A DNA stretch of 64,000 nt, taken from assembly GCF_018350175.1 (NCBI RefSeq), contig NC_058368.1:73844001-73908000 (forward strand), given 5' to 3'. Shown here in pieces: positions 36,235 through 48,246 of this stretch. The notes beneath the pieces were generated by a model. That model did no database searches. It was not told where the DNA came from and saw only the letters and a list, made by a program, of their open reading frames with translations. Every line of letters starts with the position of its first letter. Within the stretch, counting starts at the first letter, position 1. The stretch is from Felis catus (Eukaryota). Made by a program: the position numbers and the translations under genes.

Positions 36235-37146
36235 CTTGGGACATAGGCTGCCAGTCCAGTCTCCTATTGCAATACCATCATCTGGCACTTTTTGTCAGTA
36301 CTCGGTGCTCATATCTGGATTGCCACTCTGTGCCCTTGTCCATTTCCAGGCACTTCCCCACACAGATCTTTCTGCCTGGTACACTTCAATCTCACCCTCA
36401 CACACCCTTCACGGGTGCTTGGCAGAGTCCTTCCTGTCCTTCAAGGCCCATCACCATCTCTTCTGGAGCCCTCTGGTTTCCCAGGAAGTTTGCTGCCTGC
36501 CCTCTGGGCTCCTGTGTGAGATGGTCACCCATGTACACATGTGCCCTCTCATTAGGATTTATTGGTGGTTGTGACTCTCTTTCCCCAGATTTGGGAGGGC
36601 AGGGGCCATGTCTCATTTGTCTTTGCCTAGTGGGCTCTGGGAAGACATTGGTGAGTGAGAGAAGCTGGAGCTGGAGAGGGCCACACAATCAGATGCTTGC
36701 TTTTTCTCCTTTTGACAGCAGGGAGGGACCACAGGGCCTATTGTATCATGTCAGACTTCCCTTGTCTACTAGTGACAGGGGGGTATGGAAGGGCACACTG
36801 TCTATCAGATGCCACTTTTTAAATATATAACCAGCATTTCAGCAATAAAAGGGTGTTTATCATTTAAGAAAAGGCCCAGAAATCAGCAAGGAGAGACATT
36901 GGTCATCAACTATTCCAATAAAAATATCCTATACTTTCCCACCTTGTTTGTTAAAGGGACGTGAGGTGACACATAGGCTCTTAGTACGTTCTGAACCTTT
37001 ATTAAAAGGCTAAAAGAACTAAAATATAATTAGGTTGGTTTGTGTTGGTGGCTGTGTTTTCAGTTGGTACCTAGAGGACAGAGGAAATGATTTTGAAGGA
37101 TTGCGTGCTGGTTCTCCAGGTTTCCAGCATTACAAGATGCATTATT

Positions 37147-37172
37147 CCCCCCCCCCCCCCCCCCCCCCCCCC
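37147..37172 (+). repeat. C26 homopolymer
   Basis: 26 consecutive C. Confidence 0.95.
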
Positions 37173-39124
37173 ACAACATGAGTTCTTTTGTTTTCTCTTC
37201 TGGGCCTGAAGGGGAAGAGACAACATAATGAGCAACTACTTTGGTTGAAGACCATTATTCAAGGCCTCATGACAGACTTTTGGTGCATCTGCTCAGGATC
37301 CTGTCTTCACCTCCCCGAATTCCCACAGGAATACACAGCCTTTGTCTGGAGGGGTGGCTTCAGGGCCTGTGGTGTTAGAATCCATGTTGACATTTCCTGA
37401 TCTTGGAAACCTCCACTCAAGTATTCTTTCCTGCTTGTCTGTTGACAATAACTTTGCCTTCCTTCGAGGGGCTACCTGCTCCCCACTTGGCAAGGTCCTG
37501 ACAGGGCTGTTGGTCATAGTGTGGCTCATCCTCTGCTCCACACTCCAGGCACCGAAACTCAGACAACCACACCCAGAGGTCATCCAGGCCTTTCCTTCTC
37601 ATGCCTCAAGGACAAATGTTGCTGCAATAAGCAAGAGTAAGACCAACAGACAGGGAAAAAAGGAGGGCTGATACACCATCTTAAAAGTGGGAGGGGAGCA
37701 ATCTGACAGCATCATTTGAGTGTCTTCCATTCTTGAGGGTGGACTTCTCAGTGATGAGATCCGACCACTTCCCTTTTTGCTTCCTTGAGAACCAGTTGGT
37801 TGTATTCACTTGCCTCCAAAGGGTCCTGACTTCAGGTCCCAGGGAGGGCTGTCCTGGGCTTGGGCCTCTCATGTTCCATTGAAACTTGAGATCAAAGTCT
37901 AATGAGAACAGGCAGCCACAGAGATCCCCTGAAATATTTTTAGTTGTGGTTGTTACCTACATCATCCTGAGGTTTCATTTTGCATTTTCTTCCTACTGGG
38001 TAACATGTATAAATAAATCATGTCAATACCTCCTTTTATTTATATCTTAATATAACATCAGTAGTGTGATTAGATAATTTGAAATTTAATAGAACTTTCC
38101 AGTGTGAATCAGCTAAGATATATCACGGTGAAATCTCAGAGCCTGGAGACTGGGTAGGGAGGGAGTGGAGTGCTCACACACACTACTGAGTCAGCACATA
38201 ATAGCAATTTTCTGTGTCCTCATAATAGATACTTGAGAATAATTACTGACAGCCTGTGGAGAATTCATCAACCTCGGGTACCAAATAATAACTTATACTC
38301 TCACGGTAACTGTGTGAATTAAGTTAGAAATTCAAAGAATACTGATGATGTCTCGTTACTTTTTCCCCCCAGAAAAGTCAATCTGCATAATTGATGCCAT
38401 AGGTAGAAAAACATTTTTTTTATTATTACTTTCTAAATCAAATAGTCTTTAATGAATGAGAGGTGCATGAACATCAAAAACTAATGGTGGCCATGTGGGA
38501 CAGCAATAATGGTATCCATAATTCTTTGGCACATAAGAAAAAAAAAACGGCTTGTGTTTATTTTCTAAAACCTCAGCACACCATGTTCCAAAGAGAACTC
38601 TCCATTGACTAGATGAGATAGATGGGGGGGGGGGGTGCAGAGAAGGGAGGGTGTTGTGTTTAGGGAGAGAGACTACTAATGAGTTAGTGCGGTGAACACA
38701 GGCAGGCTGCCCAAAGAGTGGCCGGGCCTGGAGCATGGCCGTCTGGCAGCTGAGAGCCTGACTTTTTAATTTGTGTAGGCTGAATGAGGTCTCTGTAACT
38801 CATGGTGGAAAAACATGGTAGGGCCTTTTGTGATTACTAATTAAGGACTAGAATTTCTGCCTGGTAATGTTCTGTTGCTTTACTCAACAGATTCGTTAGA
38901 ATCAATTCTATTCTTGGTGTTAATATTCTTTACAATGGGTGCCAAAGCAAAATTATATATATGTATATGTTTTGATCAGTAGGTGATTGATAAAGGAAAT
39001 AAGTTTTATGTTCTTCCACGCAGAGCTTTGAAATATGCTTTGTCCCTCCATGGTCTCCTTTGCACAGAGATTTCATAGCTGCTGTCGGTACCAAGTGTAG
39101 ACGCTGGGTCCGAGGCATTGATTC

Positions 39125-39611
39125 TTGCCCTCTTGGCTTCTACACTGGGCATCTTTCATCTGCACTTTTCCACCTTTCCCCTCTTGACTCTGTGGCTGGA
39201 GAGGCCGACTTGAAGAATGACACCAATGGCACCCTCGCTCTCTGGCTTCTGGTTGGATCTGGCCAATGGGGAGCCCCGGAAGAGATCTGAGAGGGAAAAG
39301 GGAGTGGGTTGGAGTCCTTAGTCCCCAGGAACCTGCCCTTCAGCTAACTCAAGCTGATTGTGCTCACTGAACAAAGGTCATGGCTCCACTCAAGATGGTA
39401 CTCTGTAAGTCTCACCTTACAGGATCTGGTCTTTATTTTCTCTTCCCATCCCTTTAGCCCCCTCACCCCCCGGAGTCCCAGGATTCTGCATTCTCTAATG
39501 TGGTTTCCCAATCAGTGCCCTGCCTCTGTATTGTGAGAGGTCTTTTATCAACCACCCTCTGAATTATCCCAGTGTGTGTCATCACTTCCCTGCTTGGATT
39601 CTGACTGATAG
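39125..39611 (+). mobile_element. ERVL LTR (LTR33-like)
   Basis: 'ctctggcttctggttggatctggccaatggggagcccc', 'aaggtcatggctcc', end 'ctgactgata'. Confidence 0.75.
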
Positions 39612-40960
39612 AGGTTTGAGGATCTTTGTCTTCTTGGTTTGGTTTTTTGCTCTTCATTGCTTTGTTTTATCCTGCTACCCTTCACTGACTATTTTCCTCC
39701 TTGCCCACGGATTTTAGTTTGAACTTGACTCTTATTTTTCTGACTTTTCCCCTACTCTGTCATGTCAGTTACCATCGACATTTCAAGACTCTCATGATTA
39801 CGTGTCTCCAGAAACCTTCTGGTTCTCCCCACTTCAGCTATAAATTGACCCCGGTGTTCCCATTTGCTGCTGCCAATACCACGTTCTCCTGGTTATGAAA
39901 CTCATGTCCTGGCCAACATGAGTGCCCACATTTATAGAATTTTCTATTCACCACCAGCCTATGTCCCGTCTTCATATTCTGCCCTTTTTTTTCCTTCAAT
40001 GTCTTAGATCTAACATTTTGTTTCCATTTCCTCTAATGCAAAACAACAGCAACACCATCAACAACAAATATGCAGCCTGGCAGCACAAGGCACTTTCTGA
40101 GTTCGCAAATTATACTACCTTTGAGGTTAGTATGTATTGATTCTTCCCCTTCACACACATCTGTTATCACTGAACAAAGCACCCCCCCCCCCCACATGTC
40201 AGCAATGCCCAGAGCAAGATGCTAAGTTGTTGGTGGTTCAGTAGAAGGAATGGACAACCCCGCCTTGGAGCACGTTTCAAAACCTTGCTTGCCCAGAAAT
40301 ATTTCCTAATGGCATCTGCTATGCTACCTCTTCTGAAATTTCCTCTCCAAGAATCACTAGTGGTTCAAACTACCAAGTGAAGGGTCTTGCCTTCTGACAG
40401 GTCACAGCATTTCCATATTTCCTCTCTCTCGCATCAGAGTTGTAGCCTCAAGGATGAGTCATACAAACGGAGCACAGTCACCGGAGTGATTTAGCAGGGA
40501 GAGGGAGTGGGGGAGGTCAGCCTATAATCAGGACACAGGGCTAGGGAAACACAATTCCTGATGCTCACCTTGTTACTGGTGTTAGAAAATCCAAACAGAG
40601 GCTTGTAAGCCTGATCTCTCAAAAGCAAGACAAAGAAAGATGGTGCTTCTGTTGTTTCTCTTTGCCTTTCTTCTTCTTCCCTCCCGCCCCCCCTCCACAA
40701 AATTTCTCTCTCTAGATTCTCCTGTGCAACTTACCAGTTAACAAGGCCCCAAATGTCAAGTTTAAGACTATGTTTTATAGGTTACATTGTGTGAATCTTG
40801 GTGATTTGTTATCAAAGCTGGAGTTCATTTAACAGGTATCTCCTTACTGATCTTGGTGTAGTGCTTCCACAGATCTGTACCTTGATCTTTCTAGAGCAGA
40901 GGCCTATCCTGTTTCTATCTGTAAGACTAGTAGCTTGCATCCTACTTAGCACAGAGGAAC

Positions 40961-41450
40961 TGTAAAAAGAAAATTGCAATGGACTAGTTAAATTGCAAGG
41001 AAGTCTTTAAGACTAGTGGAATCAAGACTATTACAATAGGGGAGAGAGACTGGCCTCAACTCCACTGAAACAAAAGGTGGGGGATGAGGTGGTAGAAAAG
41101 TCTTGGAGAACATCAGTTGAGGATGGTCACCATGATGGCCACCATGAGGATGGTCACCTGTGTTTGCTGATTGGCGTGCATGGAAGTTAGGCTCCGATCC
41201 TCCCACGTAGAGTGGGAGATGAGGCACTGTCTTTCCGGTGCCTGCAACACAGGGATGGCTCCCAGGTCCTTGAGAAAGACCTCTCTGGGTGGTAGAAGGT
41301 TTACATCTCAAAGGGGCAGAGAAAGAATTACAACTACCAAGTTCTCTAAAGGAAATGCTCTAAGAAAAGGGAGGGCGTTGGTAGAGTCAGGAGGAAACCC
41401 GGCTAAAATTCAGTCAGGCTGAGGGGATGCTGTTAAGGCCTCCTTAGTCA
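40961..41450 (-). mobile_element. ERV1 solo LTR (MER31-like), full length
   Basis: TG...CA termini, TSD gaac/gaag, inverted homology to 35310-35807. Confidence 0.88.
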
Positions 41451-41834
41451 GAAGCTTTTGGTGATCCTAATACTATTCTGTTTTGGTGTTTATGTGGCCA
41501 TTTTATTACATCAGCTAGTAATGCTCCCCTTAGACTTCTAGAAAATCTTGTGTGTGCGTGTGTGTGTGCGCACTGGGGGACATCGTACTTCTATTTCTTA
41601 GACCAAATATTTCTGGGCATAATTTAAAAAATCGCTGTGCTGGAGAGAGAATTTTAATTGTTTGCATTTTCCCTGAGAAGAGATGTGTACCCACTTATCC
41701 GCCTCACCGAGCCCAGTGTTGTGGGGGGAGCTGATGCTCACGGCATAGTTGTTGCGGGTGAAGGAGAAAATATGGTTCCCTTGCACAATATCCAGCAAGC
41801 AAGCGCAGGTTAGTTTAGAATTTAATTGTCACAT

Positions 41835-42045
41835 CATGGGAAGCACCTGGGTCTGGAGGTAAGCAGTCTGGGTTGGAGTTCTGGTGGCCACTTCATAATT
41901 GCACGAACTTGGGCAGGTCCCATAAACTCCCCTAGTCTTTGTTTCGTTATCTATAAAATGAAGCTAAGACCCATTTCGGAGAGGTTGCCCCATGAGGATT
42001 AAATGAGACCCTGCCCTACGGAAGCACCCTGTAAATCTCAGGGCA
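41835..42045 (+). mobile_element. MIR SINE
   Basis: 'aacttgggcagg...gtttcgttatctataaaatg...tgaggattaaatgaga'. Confidence 0.8.
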
Positions 42046-43339
42046 GGACACAGACAGGGGGTGCTGCTGTTTCTGCACAAGGGTGCATTTGTCTCTCCCA
42101 GGACTGCTACGTTGCAGGTAAGTCTGATAAAGGTAGTCATGGACAGCTGGCCGCGCTGCCTCTCGGCCTTTCGATTTGTAGTAATGAACCCTCATTAGGT
42201 TTTTGTATCAACTTGTTCTGCTTTAATATGTTGTCGGTGCCTTTGCTTCTGCTTAATTGTTTTCTTTTTCGTGACCCTTTGGCTTGATTCAGAGAGGGAG
42301 GCGTTTCTTTGTTTATCTAATTCTTTAATTAAGTGGCCCTACAGTGTGGTTCAAGCCAATCCCTCCGGATGCTAAATAAGAGAAGCTAATCACAACTGCA
42401 AAGCCCAAGGCAGAAGCTGCTTCAGGAATGAAATCGGTTCTGTTTTTGGTGGGGATGCTACCTATTGGAATCAGCTGGAACGTGAGGCCTGCATCCCAGA
42501 CGGGCGAAGCATCTGGATGTGTTTCTTAGGCTGGGGAGCGTAACGCTTTAGGTTTCAACCCTCTTTTAACCAGTGTCCTGCTTCCATATCCTAGCAATTT
42601 CTACTTGAAGGCCACACTTTTCACCAAAATGGGTACTTTATACATTATTTAGGATTTTAGTCTTTTAAAAGTGCTTTTACATTTAACTTCCTTTACCTCC
42701 TTCAAATCTGGGTAACTGTCCACATACATCAATGTGTTCGGATGAAGAAATGGAAAGCGCGCCTGGTTTGTCTAAGGCTGATCAGCTGGAAACCCGTGGA
42801 GGCCGATTGGAGCTCAGCATTCCCAGAAACCAGCATGTAGGCCTCTCCTACACAGGAGATGTGAACGTAAGAACAGACGGACGCATTTTCTGTTCCCATT
42901 CCTTGGGCCTTGGCCCACAAGTGATACTCTTTCATGGCAGAACAAGTGATGTGCTGTCGTAACTCTTAAAAGAAGCCCAAGCCATAGGTCATTTGCTACC
43001 TGCTCCTCTCCTTCCGTTGTGTGCATGAATCCCTTACATACGGGGGCATCGGTGTACTCATGGTGTTTGCTGTTGTCAGAAGGGCCCTTGTCAGACACTT
43101 ATCCGGGCAACCATTTTGCCAATCGCCGGCTACCAAGTTACTAGTCTGTGCCCTAGGTGAGCGTTGAGGGATATTAAACACAAAATCAACAAGTTGACTG
43201 AGACATAGTACTCACTTTCAAGGGGCATGGGATCAAGAAGTGACATGGGAATATTCTCAGTTGAGAACCTCAGTGCCTTTTGACTGCATTCTGGAAACAA
43301 CTGTCTGCTACTTCCACCTTCCGTGTGTATGGATACTTT

Positions 43340-44262
43340 CAAACTCTGATCGGTGACATTCAAAACCCTGCTCAATTTGACCTGTGCCCTTCCTTTCAAA
43401 AATGATCACATGTCATATGCATTTTCTGCTGGCCACACTGGGCTCCCTGCCATCTCTTGAACATTTCGTTTCCTCAGATTCTCCTCACCTGCAAACTCCT
43501 CTTATTTACTTATAAAAGTTCATCCATTTCTTCCTTGGATTTTTTCCATCAATATGCTGCAGTAGGTCAATACCTCCAGGGCTCAGACCCTCCATAATAA
43601 CATGGCAAATCTAGCTCTAACCAGTTTTCACATATATGTTTGTCCCCATTCACGCCATTAGAAGCGCCTGGAAAGGGGCTAAGAAGAAGGAAGGCATCTG
43701 TCTCTTACTGTTCAACACAGCAACTTGCAACTACATGTGTCAATGTGATTTCATATGTTCACTGAATCCCACTATAATTTTTTTTTCTTTTTGGGCAAAT
43801 AAAAAAACTACATTTTCATTTTCCCTTACAGTAGGTTGAGCCCACGTGATTGGATTCTGGCTAGTGGGATGTGGGGGAAGTGTAAACTACTTCCAGGCTG
43901 GGGGGCTATTGACCACTTCCCTTCTCGTTCTGAAAGACCATGGAAGCCATGTGTGTAAGACAGCGGCAAGAAAAGATGGGAAGAACTCAGATCCCTGTGT
44001 CACCACTGAGAATTACCAAGGAGAGCTGCCCGATCTTAACATGAATGAGAAACACATCTTGCTTTTGTTATGTTATGGAGATATTAAGGCTTCATTATTA
44101 TGCAGCCTAGATTAAACTATCCTGATGAATAGACCTGTAAGCTCTCTGAGGGCAGGCACAATTTCTGTCTGTTCCAATGCTGTGTCCAAAGCATTTAATC
44201 AAATAATTCAAATTATAGTAGGAGCTTAATGAGTATGTGTTGAATAAATTAATAAATTAAAT
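43340..44262 (+). mobile_element. L2 3' portion interrupted by an MLT1 LTR
   Basis: 'ttcaaaaccctgctcaatttgacc', 'ggccacactgg'; resumes 'agacctgtaagctctctgagggcagg...tgttgaataaattaataaa'. Confidence 0.6.
43740..44131 (+). mobile_element. MaLR LTR (MLT1I-like)
   Basis: 'cacgtgattggattctggctagtgggatgtggg', 'ggaagccatgtgt', 'atgaatgagaaa', 'tatcctgatgaata'. Confidence 0.75.
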
Positions 44263-44560
44263 ACGTGTTTGTCAAGTCTCATGATCTCTTGGTGTATCAC
44301 CTGGGAAGGCCACTCTCAAGACTTCACGTTCTGAAAGAAAAAATACTGGTTCATGGGAAAGCCTCTGCTTTATGGAAAAATTATTGAGTCCTATGTGGTC
44401 AACATGGGGCAAGTTGTTTTCTTTTATGGAAGACTCTACTTCTGAGGATTCTAGTAAATGGTTTTCCAACATCCTGCTGATGCCCTTTATGATTAGAATC
44501 AAGAGAATTCTGGTTTGAGAGGGATATGGTTAAGGTTGGAATCAGATCTTCAAATAAGGC

Positions 44561-45064
44561 TACCAATGAAGTTTTGGGGATGATGGAGGGGTGGTCTGGA
44601 GCCAATAACCAGAAAAGAATTCTTGAAGACATCCTTGGTGCAAAAAAGGTGATTTTATTAAAGCACAGAGACAGGACCCAAGGGCAGGAAGAGCTGCACT
44701 GGGGTCCTGATGGGTAACTCATTATATGCCCTCAGGTTGGGAGAGGGTCAGGGATAGAGTAAGTCTCTAAGGTATTTTGGAAGCAAGGTTTCCAGGACCT
44801 TGAGGGGCTAGCTGTTGCCAGGGAAATGCCACTTACTACCGTTTAATAAAACCTCAGTCATGAGACCCTTTAGATGTATTTTGGGGGCCATAAGTTTGGA
44901 ATATGATTGTCAGCATATATCTTGGGGCAGTTGAGATAAAGGAAGTTGACTTGCAGGATCCTCAAGGTTGGGACAATGTCAAGCCAAGGTTCTCTTTTGC
45001 CCCCAGCAAAATGTCATCATCAGGGCAGCCGAGCTTCTAGAGGGAGGTCACTCTGCCGGTTTCA
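44561..45064 (-). mobile_element. Carnivore ERV1-type solo LTR (CarLTR-like)
   Basis: Sense start 'tgaaaccggcagagtgacctccc'; TATAAT-like box (~44721-44726) and AATAAA (~44654-44659) on the minus strand; TSD aggc/agga. Confidence 0.8.
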
Positions 45065-45429
45065 AGGACTTATCAGTGGGCTGTAGGCAGGAAGGGAATT
45101 TGATTTTCCATTTGCCTTAGTTTCCCACATCACCATGGCAAGCACTTGAACCCCTTTCCTTATTCTCTTGGGTGGGTGGGAGTGTCCAAGAAATATTACA
45201 CAGATCCTACCTCGTGTGTGCGTGCGTGTGTGGTGTGTGTGCACGTATACGTGCGTGCCAGCCTGTATTTTGCCCTCAGCTTGCCCCAAGTTCCCTTATC
45301 ACCAGCAGAAATTGAAGCATAATTTTTTTCAATTCGGATTTACTGACTAAAAACTTTATAAGGATAACAAATTGCTAATAAGAAATAAAGCCACGAGAAA
45401 ATCTTAGCAATCATGGCGGCACAAGGAAG

Positions 45430-45650
45430 TTAACATGTGTTGTGTGCTTCCCAGTTGTCAAGCACTGTTTCAGGTCCTTCATGACTCCTGATTTCCTTTA
45501 ATACCCACAAAGCATGGTGAGGAAGACGTTAGTACCCAAATTTTATGGGAACATGGGGCTGTTGATGCTCTGTGCTCTTGCAAGGTCACACAGCTGGTAA
45601 ACTGCAGAACTGAATTTGAACTTAGATCTACCTGGCTTAAAACCCACTCG
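45430..45650 (-). mobile_element. MIR SINE
   Basis: 'caaggtcacacagctggtaaactgcagaactgaatttgaacttagatct'. Confidence 0.8.
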
Positions 45651-46414
45651 TGTTCTTTCTTTCTTTCTTTTTTTTCCACAAGAGAAAAGCAAGTTTATTA
45701 ATATGTGCATGGTGCCTACATGAGGGAGAGCTCAGCAGTGAGTAATTGGAAGAGATTGTTAGAACTTAAGCTTATACAGCATCTTAACAAAGGACAATAA
45801 TTTTGTAGAGAAGTGGCGAGACAAAGGAAAAGGACACAGCTTCTGGAGGCACTCCTTCAAATCCTGTGAAATAAAGATTAACTAGCAGTCTGCCTCGGTG
45901 CCAGGACTTTGGCTCAGGCTGAGTCGCACAAGACTTGGGGTATCCCACCACTTAATAAAGGGTCCTCTGGGGCTTCTCTGTCCTGTCTTCTGTGACAGGT
46001 CTGATAATCTTCCCTCCCTCTGCATCCCTGTGCTTGTTCACTCTTAGACGTTCAGATATGGCCTTGAGTTGTGGGTCTCGTGCTGACCTCTCGGGCCAGA
46101 TGACAGATTTAGTATCTGCTTTTGGACCGTCCCTACTCAACCTCTGACATGGGGGTGTGCTCACTGGAAACCCCGTTTTGGATAATTGTCATTCTTGGTT
46201 TGGTTCTGGACCCTGGGGTGTGGATCGACTTGGCTGGCAACTTTCTGGGGCCAATTCTATTCCCCATGACACGATCAGACAACAGCTGATTAATTAATCT
46301 ACTAATTAAACAAATCATGTATTATCCTGTATGTTGGAAGAAAAAGGATAAGAAGACACAATTGCTAATGTTAGAACTTAGAGTCTAGTGAAATGCCTGA
46401 AAACCCATTACACT

Positions 46415-46575
46415 TCAAGAATTTTCACAGGCATTCTCTGATATGATATACAACCCTCTGAGGGAGCCTTTTTATATGAGAAAATTGAAGCGCAGATTGG
46501 TTTTACTGACTTTCTCCCCATAACTTAGCAATTAAATGGGAGAACAGATATTTGAACCCAGGCCCTCTTGTTGCA
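46415..46575 (-). mobile_element. MIR fragment
   Basis: 'caaccctctgagg...atgagaaaattgaagcgcaga...atttgaacccaggc'. Confidence 0.65.
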
Positions 46576-47438
46576 AACATCTTGCTTTCTCCAAAATATC
46601 ACATTGTTTGCAGAAAGCAGTTTCCCACAATATCTGAAATATTCATCTGTCTCTTGCTGTTGTCTGCAATATTGGGGAGCAGACACATTCATTCATTTAC
46701 AATGATAAGGCTAAAAAGGATTAATTTGGCCAAATCCAAGTGTTACCTTGATAAAGGGTCCACGATGTATGAAGTTTCCGGGAAAACCTGATATGTCCGA
46801 GAGTAATGCTGTGCAGCTTTTTAACGATGGGATGTGTTGTTTCTGTGGATTTTTATTTTCAGAGACCTCAGAGGAAGAGGGTGGGATTTTGAGGCTGCTG
46901 CCATGATTATGATCTTTGTTACAGGAATGTTAATGTTGCAGGTATTTTTGTTTTCACTCAGCAAGATAAAAGGGGAGGTGATTGACTTTTATTAAGGTTA
47001 ACATGCAGCCTGGCTTCTGTCTTTGAATTTATCACCTTTATACTTTCTCTTTCCTTTTCCTCCCCCATCTCAACATCTGCTGCCCCTCCTCATATATGAA
47101 GTTATTTGTTAGTATTGGCAAGTGTTTTGTTTTTTTTTTTAACGAATTCTGCCTGTGTTTTGACGGAGAGACAGAGTCTGTGTTACTGATGGACGGTGTG
47201 GGATGTTTGCGTTGTCACCAGCGACATTTCTAGACCACAAAACAAGCAGAGAAACAGAAAGCTCCCTGCCCAAACAAACAACCCCAAACAAACCTGATTT
47301 ATAAAAAATGCCTGGTCTTTTAGCTACCTGTAGCCTAATGTTAATTACAGAATGATCTGGGGACACTAAGGTGTTAGTTCTCTTCCAGCTTTATTGCTTT
47401 TGATTAGAAACTAATCACTCTTTTCATTGGCTAAAGGC

Positions 47439-47680
47439 TTTTTTTAATGTTACTTATTTTTGAGAGAGCTGGCGTGCTCAAGTGCAGGTGGAGGGGGAGG
47501 GGACGGGGAGGGAAGGGGAGGTGGAGGGGAGGCACAGAGGATCCAAAGAGGGTACAGAGGATCCAAGTGGACTCTGTGCTGAGAGCAGTGAGCCTGAAGC
47601 GGGGCTCGCACTCCGGAACCACAAGATCATGATCTGAGCTGAAGTCAGATGCTCAACCGACTGGACCACCCAGGTGTCCC
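47439..47680 (-). mobile_element. Can-SINE
   Basis: TSD attggctaaaggcttttt / attggataaaggcttttt; small internal duplication of 'acagaggatccaa'. Confidence 0.95.
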
Positions 47681-47894
47681 ATTGGATAAAGGCTTTTTAA
47701 AAGCTGCAGTGGGTTGGCAAAATGCTTTAGTTCCCATATTAACCAGTGCAGAAGACTGTTTAACCAGCACCCCAGTTAGAGGAGACTTAGGCCGCTGTCC
47801 TCAAATATGAAACATTTCCAGCGAATCCAATTGTTGGGTTCATATCCTCCCTTTGTATTTCCGTGGAAGAATCTTTTATTCATTTAAATCCAGC

Positions 47895-48246
47895 TAGGTG
47901 ATTCTTAAGCTTCCTGGTGCATCAAGGGGAGCTTATGAAAAGCGTGGATTGCCAGACATTTTAATTCAGCAGAGCGGGGTAGGCTCCAGGAATCAGCGCT
48001 GGGTGATTCTAATGCCCACCGTACTCCCACCACATTCAGAGAAACCTCTTCCCAGGACAGTGGTTCTCAGACTTAAGCAGGTATCAGGATCACTAGGGAC
48101 CTTTTAAACATAAATTGCTAGTTCCGCCCCCAAAATTCCCAAGGTCTCTGATTCAGTAGGTCTGGGGCTGGGCCCGATAGTTTGCCTTGTCTCACTAGTT
48201 CCCAGGTGATGCTGCCATCCTTCCGGGGACCCCACTTTGACCACTG
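47895..48246. mobile_element. Two adjacent MER5-family MITEs
   Basis: Second copy 48058-48246 'cagtggttctcagactt...tgattcagtaggtctgggg...cactttgaccactg'; first copy more degraded. Confidence 0.75.

Noticed and set aside
36182..36830. Longest ORF (206 aa)
   Set aside because: Begins inside an MLT1 LTR and crosses degraded repeat-like sequence; no protein resemblance.
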